A DNA stretch of 54,927 bases, the filler included, from Squatina squatina (taxonomy: Eukaryota), in NCBI GenBank assembly GCA_031763465.1. It is 3 parts of 3 records of this genome, joined end to end, with 100 filler letters (N's around TTAATTAATTAA, not from the genome) between each part and the next. Parts side by side here need not be neighbours in the genome. Positions count along the whole stretch, not along the records: positions 23,645 to 39,295 come from JARFOE010000080.1; positions 39,396 to 54,927 come from JARFOE010000100.1; 1 more part is not named here. The stretch is one strand, 5' to 3'. Shown in pieces: positions 36,799 to 48,403 of the stretch. How positions within the stretch are numbered: position 1 is the first letter of the stretch; every line of letters begins with the position of its first letter. The notes under the pieces are model-generated. The model was not told where the DNA came from, did no database searches, and saw only the letters and a list, made by a program, of their open reading frames with translations. Both the position numbers and the translations under genes were made by a program.

Positions 36799-38224
36799 AT
36801 TGAAGAGAAAACTACAGTATTTAATTTCTCTGATACTTGGCAACATATGCAAATCTATAACAAACATAACATCTACAGTAATCATACTTTTGTATCCTGT
36901 TTGATTGTACCATAAATTCCAATAAGTGCCGCATCTGTGGTAATACAAGTAAATCACTTTTTAAATTCTGCTGTCGTCATCACTACAACATATGAAAAAA
37001 AATATTGAATGTAAACCAAGATGTGTACTTGCATCCTTAATGCAATCAACAAACATGAAAGTAGAAATGGTGGTTTCCTGAATATTANNNNNNNNNNNNN
37101 NNNNNNNNNNNNNNNNNNNNNNNNNNNNNNNNNNNNNNNNNNNNNNNNNNNNNNNNNNNNNNNNNNNNNNNNNNNNNNNNNNNNNNNGTTCCTATTTCTT
37201 ATGGTCCTATATAGGTGGACTGCACCTGCTGTACTCACAATACCATTTGACAACAAACCCCCAAGTAACACTCACATAAAAAAACACTCAATGATACTTT
37301 GTATCTTTTATTATACATATATATTTCTAACCGACAGTCTGTAGGGATGCATTTGCAACAAGAGCATTTAAAATATTTTCTTCATTTGTTATCAATACTT
37401 GCCTAACTTCTCGAACAATTCTCAAATTGATTATGAAGACATTGTTTTCTAAATGCTATAACATAGAATAAAGGCTGTATACATTTCCTCCCCATTGATG
37501 CTCAAGTTCACGTAGTATAGTACATAAACAAAGTACAAATTTGTTAGTAGCCAAACATATTGAAGCATCAATAATAATAAATGACATCCGACTGAAGAAG
37601 TTATTTTGAATCTTCAACACTGAAGTGTTACTCCGAGCATTGTAAAAAAAATTAATACATATAGCTTTGGCCTTTTCCGTTAATAAATTGCACTTGGTAA
37701 ATCCTCATGATTTTCAGCCCAACGCAAATAACAGTCAAAAACAAAAAAAACTTTTCCTCCACATTACCAGAACTAGTGTGTAGACACAAAAGTCTTGATA
37801 TACCAAACTGTAAAAAGACTTCACTCAGTTTTATAAAATTTATATTTAAAAGTTCAGTTTAGTTTCCTGACATTTTGCTAAGCCTCAACATTCTCAAAGG
37901 AAGCACATCCTCTATCCACATATTGGGATGCGTAATCATTTTATCCCATACAGATACTTCTTCTTCTGTAGAGTCCATCCAGTCCACTGTCAATCCATAA
38001 CTTTTACCTGTACAACAAAAAGAATGGTCAAAATATGAAGAATGCTGCTTTTGAACTTTGTTTACAAGCGCATAACATATCAATTGCATCACATCATCAT
38101 AATGATGCACAGCACTCCTATAAAGTTCCTCACATGAAATGAGGAAAAAAAAGTGAATGCCAGCTGGAGGAGAAAATTGAGATTAGAATAGTGGGCTGCA
38201 CTATTGAGAGAGTTTTGTTGAGAA

Positions 38225-39295
38225 AAATGGCGAGGTGGGACCTGTATTGGCCAAATGTGTTGCACCTCAACTGAGCCAGAACCCATGTCCTCCTGAGGGG
38301 TGGTGTTGCTGGTGCTGTTGTGGAGGGTTTAAACTAATTTGGCAGGAAGATGAGGTGTGTCAAGTGGAGCAGGTGTCAGTAGGGGAACATTTAGGGAACA
38401 GTGGTCATAGCATTTTGAGGTTTAGATTATGGAAAAGAACAGGGAGAAATCTAGAGTAAAAATAATTTGGAGGAAGGCAAATTTCAGTGGCTCTGGCCCA
38501 GGTAAATCAGAATCAAAGATTGGCAGGCAAAACTAATCAAACAATGGGCTGCCTTTAAAGAGGAGATGGTTTGCGTACAGTCGAAGTACATTTCCACGAG
38601 GGGGAAAAGGTAGGGCAACTAAAGCCAGAGCTCTCTGGATGACAAAATAGATAGAGAGTAAGATAAAGCAGAAAAGGACCACGTATGACAGATGTCAGGT
38701 TGAGAATACAAGTGAGAATCAGGCTGAATGCAGAAAGTTAAGACGGGAAGTGAAATCGGGGCAAAGAGAGAGTACGAGAATAGATTGGCAGCTAAGATAA
38801 AAGGGAATCCAAAAGTCTTCTATAGGCATATAAATAATAAACGGGTAGTAAGAGGAGGGGTGGGGCTGATTAGGGACCAAAATGGAGAGCTACACATGGA
38901 GGCAGGGGGCATGGCTGAGGTACTAAATGAGTACTTTGCATCTGTCTTTACCAAGGAAGGAGATGCTTCTAAAGTTATAGTGAAAGTGGAGGTAGTGGAG
39001 ATACTGGATGGGATAAAAATTGATAAAGGAGTTACTAGAAAGACTGGCTATACTTAAAAGTAGCTAAATCACCAGGACTGGATGGGATGCATCCTAGGAT
39101 GCTGAGGGAAGTAAAGGTGGAAGTTGCGGAGGTATTGGCCATAATCTTCCAATCCTCGTTAGATATGGGGGTGGTGCCAGAGGACTGGGGAATTGCAAAT
39201 GTTACGCCCTTGTTCAAAAAAGGTGCAAGGATAAACCCAGCAACTACAGGCCAGTCAGTTTAACCCCAGTAGTGGGGAAGCTTTTAGAAACGATA
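38225..39295 (+). mobile_element. CR1-like LINE fragment (endonuclease end to start of RT)
   Basis: Broken frames with VGEHLGNSGHSILRF, KGNPKVFYRHINNKR, MAEVLNEYFASVFTKE, KSPGLDGMHPRMLRE, PEDWGIANVTPLFKK and NYRPVSLT, which are CR1 ORF2 hallmarks. Confidence 0.92.
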
Positions 39296-39395
39296 NNNNN
39301 NNNNNNNNNNNNNNNNNNNNNNNNNNNNNNNNNNNNNNNTTAATTAATTAANNNNNNNNNNNNNNNNNNNNNNNNNNNNNNNNNNNNNNNNNNNN
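39296..39395. other. Synthetic scaffold linker N44-TTAATTAATTAA-N44
   Basis: Identical layout to 23545-23644. Confidence 0.9.
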
Positions 39396-40179
39396 TTTTG
39401 CCTTTCACTTTAAGCTGTGCATCAAACTAAACTGCTGCGCTGGACTGAGCTGTCGTGCGTCCAACTCCATGAGCGATATGGCACCCTGCCCCGTTTTCAA
39501 AGACGCAGGGCGACGTCACTTAAACCGACTGGTAGAAAGAGGAGAGGGATTGGAATGTGAACGAGAGAATTAAATCCATCTGCCGTTGCCTCCTGGACAT
39601 TGCTTCAAACTTGGCACGGAGCAGGCTTGCAGTCCTTAAATTGAACAACTACAGTTCTCTTTCTCTATTCCCACAGCCCCCCACACTTTTTTTTTTAAAT
39701 ATATGTAAAGAAAGGCTTCACATTACGTGGCCCATTAAACTGTGGCTGCACAATGGTTCACAGTCTGCAACTACTAAACGCAAAATTGAAGACCCTCGCA
39801 GAACAGGAGGGGTTTAAAGCGACTCTTGTCATGATTTTTCTTTTTGTAATTGTTAAAATATCTGCACTTTTGTTGGGTTATCAAACCTATTTTATATGCC
39901 TGTTCTCGGTTGTTAAAACTGCACTGCAATTTTTTTTTTAAATGTGTTTGGATAAATTGGCACCTTTTCTGGTACCAGACATGTGAAAAGGATATTGTTC
40001 TAACTGGTCAAAGAATAAATTCTGCTCCTTTTCCCGAGCAAGCAAACAACAAGGGAGGGGAGGGGAGGGGTGGGGTGGGAGGTGGAATCTTTGTTCTTGT
40101 GTTGATTTTGCTCTGGCGTGCAGCCTTCTGTAGCCAGAGAGCTGGAACAGGAAGCCACAGGCTTGGGTCTGTGACTTAC

Positions 40180-40289
40180 CAGCTGGAGACGGTCTCCTGA
40201 AAACCGGCATGGTGGAAATGCCTGCTATTGTGGTGGTACTGCACGGGTGGAGAGAACGTGCACCCTGCGTTTAAATTCTGTCTCAATTG
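40180..40289 (-). other. Candidate exon of uncertain gene
   Basis: Acceptor cttttcattgcag|, consensus donor G|GTAAGT, and an internal CCACCATG at 40210. Confidence 0.5.
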
Positions 40290-41147
40290 CTGCAATGAAA
40301 AGCCAGTAATGAGAAACTTGGTAATAATTCCCAATATCAGCAGGAAAGTCTGATGTTGGACAATTGCCAGGAGCCATGCATGAAACAACTATACACATAG
40401 AAAAGCCAACTCTCATTCTACATGATGTTTACAGTGGCCTCTAAATGAGAAGGCAAGTGCTGACTTTGTCTTTTGAGGTATTTCATCATCTTATGGAGCT
40501 CACACTACAATTTAGGTCGATGCCTTGGTAATTTTTTTTTTCAACGGATGACCCATCATCGTGAATGTTCTGTTGCCAGAAGTGACTTTACTGACAGCTT
40601 AGGGCATTACTCTCAAGTGTCACTTCAGGGTTGTGTGAACAGGGCCGTATGAAGCTCCTGCCCAGCTTTTGTCCTTGAAGCCATCACTGTCAGTCTAATT
40701 GGGAGGTCATATAGTTGCTGCTGAGCTGGTCCTGAGCAACTATAGAATTACAAGGATGTTGTTGTCCCAATGGGGCAGTTTTTCAGATGGGCTTAATTCC
40801 AGGAGCAACCTTGTCTTGCACCCAAAGGTTCTGCCGCTTGACAGCTGGGAAAATTCACACTGCTGCAATGAACAATGCTTTTCTAAGGTTCAGAAATGTT
40901 ATTGTGGCAGCATCGAGGATATTTTATTACCTGAATTCTGTATTACTTGGTCTGGTGATGCTTAACACTGGCACAGTGTTGAAGTGGAGAAATGGTCAGT
41001 TTTATCCAGCAGTGACATTCTTCCCTTCAGTTGATGTCATAAATGAATAGAATATCATTCACTTAATGAACTACACTAAATGTAAAGTCTAGACAACCAA
41101 GTAATGCATTAATGGATCAATATGCTGTGTGTGTAATGGTCGAGTCT

Positions 41148-41212
41148 GGCACTGGAGTGTCAGCCTAGATTTTGTGCTCAAGTCCTTGGAGGGGGACTTG
41201 AACCCACAACTG
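41148..41212 (-). mobile_element. Deu-type SINE head fragment
   Basis: gcactggagtgtcagcctagattttgtgctcaagtccttggagggggacttgaacccacaac, matching 27393-27457. Confidence 0.65.
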
Positions 41213-42586
41213 TAGTGTATGCTGCAGGTGAACCTAAAGAAGTGGCAAAAAGAACCGAGGGGTAATTTTCTATTTATGGTATTCGCTGGGCCCAATATTC
41301 TGATGTGTGCTNNNNNNNNNNNNNNNNNNNNNNNNNNNNNNNNNNNNNNNNNNNNNNNNNNNNNNNNNNNNNNNNNNNNNNNNNNNNNNNNNNNNNNNNN
41401 NNNNNNNNNNNNNNNNNNNNNNNNNNNNNNNNNNNNNNNNNNNNNNNNNNNNNNNNNNNNNNNNNNNNNNNNNNNNNNNNNNNNNNNNNNNNNNNNNNNN
41501 NNNNNNNNNNNNNNNNNNNNNNNNNNNNNNNNNNNNNNNNNNNNNNNNNNNNNNNNNNNNNNNNNNNNNNNNNNNNNNNNNNNNNNNNNNNNNNNNNNNN
41601 NNNNNNNNNNNNNNNNNNNNNNNNNNNNNNNNNNNNNNNNNNNNNNNNNNNNNNNNNNNNNNNNNNNNNNNNNNNNNNNNNNNNNNNNNNNNNNNNNNNN
41701 NNNNNNNNNNNNNNNNNNNNNNNNNNNNNNNNNNNNNNNNNNNNNNNNNNNNNNNNNNNNNNNNNNNNNNNNNCCCTATATTGAACAGTAGGATCAGAAA
41801 AGTTGTCTGCCGATATTGTGAATACCTAGGCTTTTCCTTGCATTTCCTAAATGCCGCATAGTTACCAGCCATCTGTTGGTTACAATATACCAGTGTACGT
41901 CAGTAAGTGACACAGTGACGTCTTCAGAATACCAATACCTTTTAAAGTGCAATTTGGCATATATATTCATTCATTAAATTGTTCACACAACAGTTTAAAG
42001 AGACCACAACACCACTTCAGTATCTGGTACCAGAGAGGAAAAAGGGCTTGAAATTTTGGACTACACCTTAACCGTATGAGTACCACGCTGGTGGTATAAC
42101 ATGCAGATGGTCGCGTTTTCGACCTTTTGCCTCCACTACCCTAATTGTTCCTCGTAGCGGACTGTCGTTTTAGTGAAAAGTAAATTGGTGGCATTTAAGG
42201 GTTAACCACAGAGCCATGTGAATAGCGTTCATTGTAAGGTAAATTTGAGCGGTTACCAAGACAACAGCCAACTGAATCTATTGGCTACTGCTGTACTTCA
42301 AGTTAATTGGAGACTTTGAGGTTTCATGTGTGGTGAGTCGTGTAATGTGACCTTAATTGCAAAAAAAAGAGAAAAAGGTTTTAAACAATTTAAATAAAAT
42401 TCTAACTGGAGAACTGGTTTCTGTGAAGTTGTTTTGAGTAAGACTTGCATGTGCGGAGATGGGTGGACTGAATGGACCAATTCTTATTCCAACAAACCTA
42501 TTCTTGGATTTTGACCCAAGATATTATTCATTGTATGATCTATGTGAATTTGATCATGTTATGTAATACCAAGTCTAATTGTCTAA

Positions 42587-42661
42587 CATAGAAAATAGGA
42601 GCAGGAGTAGGCCATCCGGCCCTTCGAGCCTGCTCCGCCATTCAATATGATCATGGCTGAT
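42587..42661 (-). mobile_element. CR1-like LINE 3' tail
   Basis: acatagaaaataggagcaggagtaggccat...atgatcatggctgat is the reverse complement of the same 3'UTR. Confidence 0.75.
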
Positions 42662-42929
42662 NNNNNNNNNNNNNNNNNNNNNNNNNNNNNNNNNNNNNNN
42701 NNNNNNNNNNNNNNNNNNNNNNNNNNNNNNNNNNNNNNNNNNNNNNNNNNNNNNNNNNNNNAGACGAACCTTCAGCGACTTAAACTTAGGTGCAAAATGA
42801 GATGATCATAAGCTGAATTACTCCCCCACTGTTTGCCATTTATTACCCTCCCGTTACGTCACCAATCAGCACTGCTTCATTATCCAGAACCACATCAAGC
42901 AGAGCTTTCTCTCTTCTTGGAATTGCAAC

Positions 42930-43266
42930 ATATTGACTGGGTAGATGCAGGGAGGATGTTTTCCCTGGCTGAGGCGTCTACAACCAGGGGTCACAGTCTT
43001 AAAATAAAAGGTAGGCTATGTAGGACTGAGATGAGTAGATATTGGTGAATATTTGGAATTCTCTACCCCAGAGGGCTGTGGAGGCTCAGTCATTGAGCAC
43101 ATTCAAGACAGAGATCGATAGATTTTTAGATATTAAGGGAATCAAGGGATATCGGGATAGCGCAGGAAAATGACGTTGAGGCAGAAGATCAGCCATGATC
43201 TTGTTGACTGGCGGAGCAGGCTCCAGGGGCCGAATGGCCTACACTTTCTCCTAGTTCTTATGTTCT
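42930..43266 (+). mobile_element. CR1-like LINE 3' end
   Basis: VDAGRMFSLAEASTTRGHSLKIKG followed by the typical 3'UTR (gatcagccatgatc...gggccgaatggcctac...ttcttatgttctta). Confidence 0.85.
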
Positions 43267-43834
43267 TATTAAAACAGTCCTGAACACACTGCAAAAAGAA
43301 TTTCCTTTGCTCGTCAGAAATATTTCCCCATCCCAGTATATTTTTGGATATAATATTGAAAAACTGCCACGGATAAAAAACTGCAGTGAGTGACCCAGCT
43401 CTAATGTGCATTAGTCTGATTACAGCTTCTGCTAACCTCTAAGCTTTTTACTGTTACTGATTAGCAGAAAATGCAAGATGGCCATTTCATTCCATTAGCC
43501 GACCAGTCGTGTTGCATTTCCTCACAAGATTACCCTTGCATTAAAATTATTAATCATTCTAAATGCCACAGTAATCACATTTGGATTTTGGATAACACCA
43601 TTTATTTAATAAGAGTTAAAAATAACACAAAGCCATTCCCGTATTGTCAATAAATTATATATTTGGACATATTCATGTTGGCTATTTGTGACATAGACAT
43701 CAGCAACCATGTATTGTTGCTCAGCAGTGTGCTGTCTGCAAACATTCCAATAGACTTCTGTAGCTTTTTAAATTCTACGTAATCCTTGGCACATTTTGAA
43801 TTTTGTACTCAAAGTAAATAATGTGGAATTGAAA

Positions 43835-44004
43835 GAAAGACTTGGATTTATATAGCTCCTTTCATGACCACCAGACATCTCAAAGCACTTTACAGCCAAT
43901 GAAGTATATTTGGAATGTAGTCACTGTTGCAATGTAGGAAACGCAGCAGCCGATTTGCGCACAGCACGCTCCCACAAAAAACAGCAGTATGATACTAAGC
44001 AGCT
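43835..44004 (-). mobile_element. Deu-type SINE 3' part
   Basis: gcactttacagccaatgaagta...gtcactgttgcaatgtaggaaacgcagcagcc, matching 34390-34500. Confidence 0.7.
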
Positions 44005-44103
44005 NNNNNNNNNNNNNNNNNNNNNNNNNNNNNNNNNNNNNNNNNNNNNNNNNNNNNNNNNNNNNNNNNNNNNNNNNNNNNNNNNNNNNNNNNNNNNNNN
44101 NNN

Positions 44104-44886
44104 NGCACAGAAACAGGCCATTCAGCCCAACAAGTCGGTGCAGCTGTTTATGCTCCAAATGAGCCTCCTCCCACCCCACTTCATCCCTCCCCATTACCAT
44201 ATCCAATTCCTTTCTTCCTCATGTGTTTCTCCCCGTTAAAGGCTTAGAATCATAGAATGATACAAGCACAGAAGGAGGGCCATTCGGCCCATCATGCCTG
44301 TGCCAGCTCTTTGGGGGAGCGATCCAATTAATCCCACTCCCTTCTGCTCTTTCCCCATAGCCCGAACTTTCTCCCTTCAAGTATTTATCCAATTCTCTCT
44401 TGAATCTAACACCCTTTCAGGAAGTGCAGTCCAGATCACAACTTGTGTTTCAAAACAAAAAAAAACACGTTTCCTCATCTCCCCTCTGGTTCTTTGGCCA
44501 ATCACCTTACATATGTGCCCACTGGTTACCGACCCTTCTGCCACTGGAAAGAGTTTCTGCTTATTTACTCTGTAAAAGCCATTCATGATTTTGAATATCT
44601 CTATCATATCTCCCCTTAACCTTCTCTGCTCTCGGGAGCATCTATGCTCTTGGGGTAAAGAAGTTTCCCCTGAATTCCCTATTGGATTTATCAGTGACTC
44701 TCTTATATTTGTGACACAAGTGGAAACATCTTCTCTCTGTCTACCCTATCAAACCGCTTCATAATCTTAAAGACATCTATCAGGTCACCCCTCAGTCTTC
44801 CCTTTTCCGGAGAGAAGATCGGTATAACCTCTCCATTCTGATATCACCCTTGTAAATCTTTTTTTGCACTTTCTTCAACACCCCAT
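44104..44886 (-). mobile_element. Nested CR1-like LINE 3' fragments
   Basis: Minus frame MIEIFKIMNGFYRVNKQKLFPVAEGSVTSGH... (44245-44635) sits between two halves of another CR1-type 3' region. Confidence 0.8.
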
Positions 44887-46368
44887 NNNNNNNNNNNNNN
44901 NNNNNNNNNNNNNNNNNNNNNNNNNNNNNNNNNNNNNNNNNNNNNNNNNNNNNNNNNNNNNNNNNNNNNNNNNNNNNNNNNNNNNNAGATCGGTAAGAAA
45001 GGCAGTATGCATTTCTGCATATAATGGGAATGAAAATGAAATGTTGAATGCATCAGCACTAGATATTCTAATAGGCTCTGGCCTATGGGCAGCGCATTCC
45101 AGATCAGGACAACTTCATAATTTTCTTCATCTAAAGTGCAAATTCAGCAACATTACTCCTCTGGAGAGCTTTGCTCAATGGGAGCACTAATTTGAGAATT
45201 ATGCCTGAATGTTAGCGTGGCTGATTCCTGGTGCTCCCAATCTCATTAATGATTCATCAATTGGTGCAGGTCAGTGAACACAGGGTTGATGGGTGAATTG
45301 GAATTGGTGCAGCGGAGTTGGGCGTCGGAGGTGGGAATAGATAGTCCTTAAAAGATGGGCGAGTGTGGAATACAATGTCTCTGAAGCCAACAGATGGAGA
45401 ATCAATTGAGGTGTTAAATAGAATAGTACACACTTGGGATATAAGGGTATTAAGGAAGATGGAGAAAGGGCAATGAACTGGGATTGAAAAGGTGCAGCAG
45501 GTAACTAATCCAAACTTGTATTATTTTTAATCTCTGTTTTACACTTTCAGATTTGCCAACACTGCAAGGTAACAACTATCATATGTGTTGGGTAACTTCA
45601 GTCCTATTTTTGACTAACGGCCAGCTGCACCTGAATGCACACATGATGATTTGGTATCAGTGCCGCCCATGAACAGCACAGACTTTGAAAGACTTGGCAG
45701 GACTGTTCCGCATGCTTTACAATAGCAATGCAGGGGCGGGCTCCAAATGAGGAAGTGGAGGATGATGAATTATTTCTACATTTATTATTCAGCCTCTTAT
45801 ATTCATTTTAATTATAGCAGTAAAAGTGCATATGATGTCATTTTAAATTTGAACAGGATAATTTTTTGGCTCACAATTATTATAAAATCATAGGCTGCCC
45901 AATTGGTCTGCCCTGCAGTCAAAATGCAAGCGGAACAAAAACTATGATTTTAGCGCCCGTTTTGCGCTATCCCGCTAAATCGCGGTATTCGGGTCTTTGT
46001 AAGAATTTTTCTGGCAGCTTAAAAACTCGTGCAGAATTCAGCGCTAATGGGTCCCTGATCCAGGCCGATTGAACTTTACAGGTTTCAGTTGGCCAAATCC
46101 ACAAACGGTCCAAAGAGCTGCAATTAAGTGTCAGGCCACCTCAACCCTTAAAGAGGCTCGTTCTGCACACACAACCACTGCTTAAATCAATCTCAGTAGA
46201 GGTTGTTTGTACCTCTGCAGCAATTAGTGATGGTTTGTGCTTTGCTGGGCATTGCTAAGTGATGGCAGNNNNNNNNNNNNNNNNNNNNNNNNNNNNNNNN
46301 NNNNNNNNNNNNNNNNNNNNNNNNNNNNNNNNNNNNNNNNNNNNNNNNNNNNNNNNNNNNNNNNNNNN

Positions 46369-47036
46369 AGCCAGTGAGTGCAGGTGTTCCTTGGTTACCT
46401 AGCGGTGCTCTCATTGGCATCCCCGTCAATTTCAATAGAACAGATGACGAAGGGCAAGGGATAACCAATCGAATTGTCATGATCAATGGCAAAGATGTCA
46501 AGTGGGACAGTGAGGTGGGAAAAGCCCTAAAAGAATCCCTCACCTTTTCATCTGATGCACAGAAGTTTGCCATTGCACGAGAGGTTATGTATTTGCAGAG
46601 TCATAGCCCCATCATTCATTCACTGGTGGGATCAGCCTGTTTAGCGTGCACATACATGATTGGGTTGGCAGTAAAACAAGCCCATGGCCTTTACTACGGC
46701 CCTGTATTACTACGTGGCTTTTGCAACCTGGCTGTAGCAGCAATGGGACTTGTGGGTTACTTTCTTGTTTCTGATGCAGTTAGTCACTGGCTTGACTACA
46801 GATCAGACCACCGTACAGCTACAATATCAAAGAATTATGCTAAAGGAGGCATTGAGTTTTATGATAAAGTTCTTGCACGGAATCGAACTTTCCGTTCTCT
46901 CCTGGGCAAAAAGGGAGTGGAAATGTATGCAACAAATGGAAACCTGTTCCCAAAGCATTGGTTCAGACTAAAACATGCTCCCTACACCTCCAGAAAAGAG
47001 ATGATCGAAAACACCCTAAAAGACTGCTGGATGTAA
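46369..47036 (+). CDS. TMEM177: TMEM177 (mitochondrial, COX20-associated), 5'-truncated by a gap
   Basis: Open frame from the gap edge: (Q)PVSAGVPWLPSGALIGIPVNF...AQKFAIAREVMYLQS...GGIEFYDKVLARNRTFRSLLGKKGVEMYATNGNLFPKHWFRLKHAPYTSR. Matches human QPVSAGFPRLPAGAVVGIP...AQKFALAREVVYLES...GGVEFYEKLL...LRSLLGK...HLPYTTR. Uninterrupted, consistent with a single coding exon. Confidence 0.95.
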
Positions 47037-47239
47037 AATTGATCTGATGGTATATATTTGCACAGTGTGTCAGTGAATTCTTTTCAATTCCACTTTACCC
47101 TCATCCCTATCTTCTGTGTTTCTCTGAACCAGTTTTACTTTCTTCTATGTTTTCCTGGTTTTCCTGTGGGGAAAAGCAACTCCATGCCACCTCCCAGCAT
47201 CACCAAAACAAACTCTCAAAACTCTGTCCCAGCACTTAT

Positions 47240-47436
47240 GGGCAGTTTCTGACCCATGTATGTGGCCAGATTCTGTCCCGAGTATGTGGGCAGTTTCTTT
47301 TTCATGTCTGTGGCCATTTCTGACCCATGTATGTGAGCAGTTTCTGACCCATGTGTGAGGGCAGTTTCTGTTCCATGTATCTGTGCAGTTTCTGACCCAT
47401 GTATGTGGCCAATTTCTGTTCCGTGTGTCAGTGCAG
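47240..47436. repeat. 24-bp minisatellite, about 8 diverged copies
   Basis: Unit approximately gcagtttctgacccatgtatgtgg. The 8-aa periodicity (HTWVRNC.) is visible in the minus-strand ORF. Confidence 0.9.
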
Positions 47437-48262
47437 TAATTCATAGTGATGTCAAACACTGTGGTGTTAATAACTTGCTTCTTTCAACCAGTTGTGTTTC
47501 TAAAATCTACCCCTTTTTCTTGAGTCAGAGGTGACTCCCTGCTTCTCATTGCAGAGCTGAATTCACATTAATAGCGAAGAAGTACATAATCACCTCTTTG
47601 ATTTCATGAAATTCAGACACAAAGTATACGGAAAGCAAGAAATTGACGGGCTGATATCCTGAAGTATTTTTTTGTTCGATTACCTTTGGTGATGTAGAAG
47701 CAATTTTAGTTTCTTTTTGATCTTTGATTATCCACAAGTAACTAAGTCCATGAAAGTGAGGATGTTACATGGTCTGTTGGAAGGTGTAAACTTGATAAGT
47801 CGGTATAGTTTTTTTCTTTATGTTGGTGAGTAAGGGGAAAGTTTTTGTTGNNNNNNNNNNNNNNNNNNNNNNNNNNNNNNNNNNNNNNNNNNNNNNNNNN
47901 NNNNNNNNNNNNNNNNNNNNNNNNNNNNNNNNNNNNNNNNNNNNNNNNNNGTCCAGCTCTTTAATAAAATAAACCATGATAGTTCTATCTGCATCTTAAA
48001 TTGGAGTTAGATGCCACTCCATATGGTGCCCGGGTTCAGTGAGATACCCTCCTAGAAGGGATATCACACTCCCTGGCTTTAGATCGGATCTGACTTTGAA
48101 CTTTACATTACCCACTTTTGTTTCACTGAGCAACTAGAAATGCTTGGAATTGGCACAGAAATTTTAGTACAACTTCAGCCTTGCTGATAAGATGATTGAT
48201 TACTTAAGAGTTAAGATGTAAAAACGCATGCATTAAAAGCAAAGCCATTTGTAATCATTTAC

Positions 48263-48403
48263 CTTTTCCATTTGTGTCTGGTCTTAAGTTCACAATTTTC
48301 AGCTTTTGCTCCATGGTCAGTACGTTTAAATTATCAATTTCTTCGAGCCACTTATCGAATTCGGGGTTTTCGCTCAAAGCAGGATACCGCTCAACCACAA
48401 AGA
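48263..48403 (-). CDS. Candidate internal coding exon of an unidentified gene
   Basis: ttttctggttcttgcag| 141 nt open frame |GTAAAT, phase 1-1, reading xFVVERYPALSENPEFDKWLEEIDNLNVLTMEQKLKIVNLRPDTNGK. Confidence 0.5.

Noticed and set aside
41219-41872. Long ORFs in the ORF track here and at 49363-50056 and 51398-52004
   Set aside because: They run through N gaps (poly-X) and are not coding evidence.
47145-47459. Repetitive Cys/His/Trp-rich ORF (HTWVRNC repeats)
   Set aside because: A by-product of the 24-bp minisatellite, with no splice or start context.
47594-47741. Possible minus-strand exon YLWIIKDQKETKIASTSPKVIEQKNTSGYQPVNFLLSVYFVSEFHEIKE
   Set aside because: Weak acceptor and donor (GTGATT), phase incompatible with 48263-48403, and no recognisable homology.
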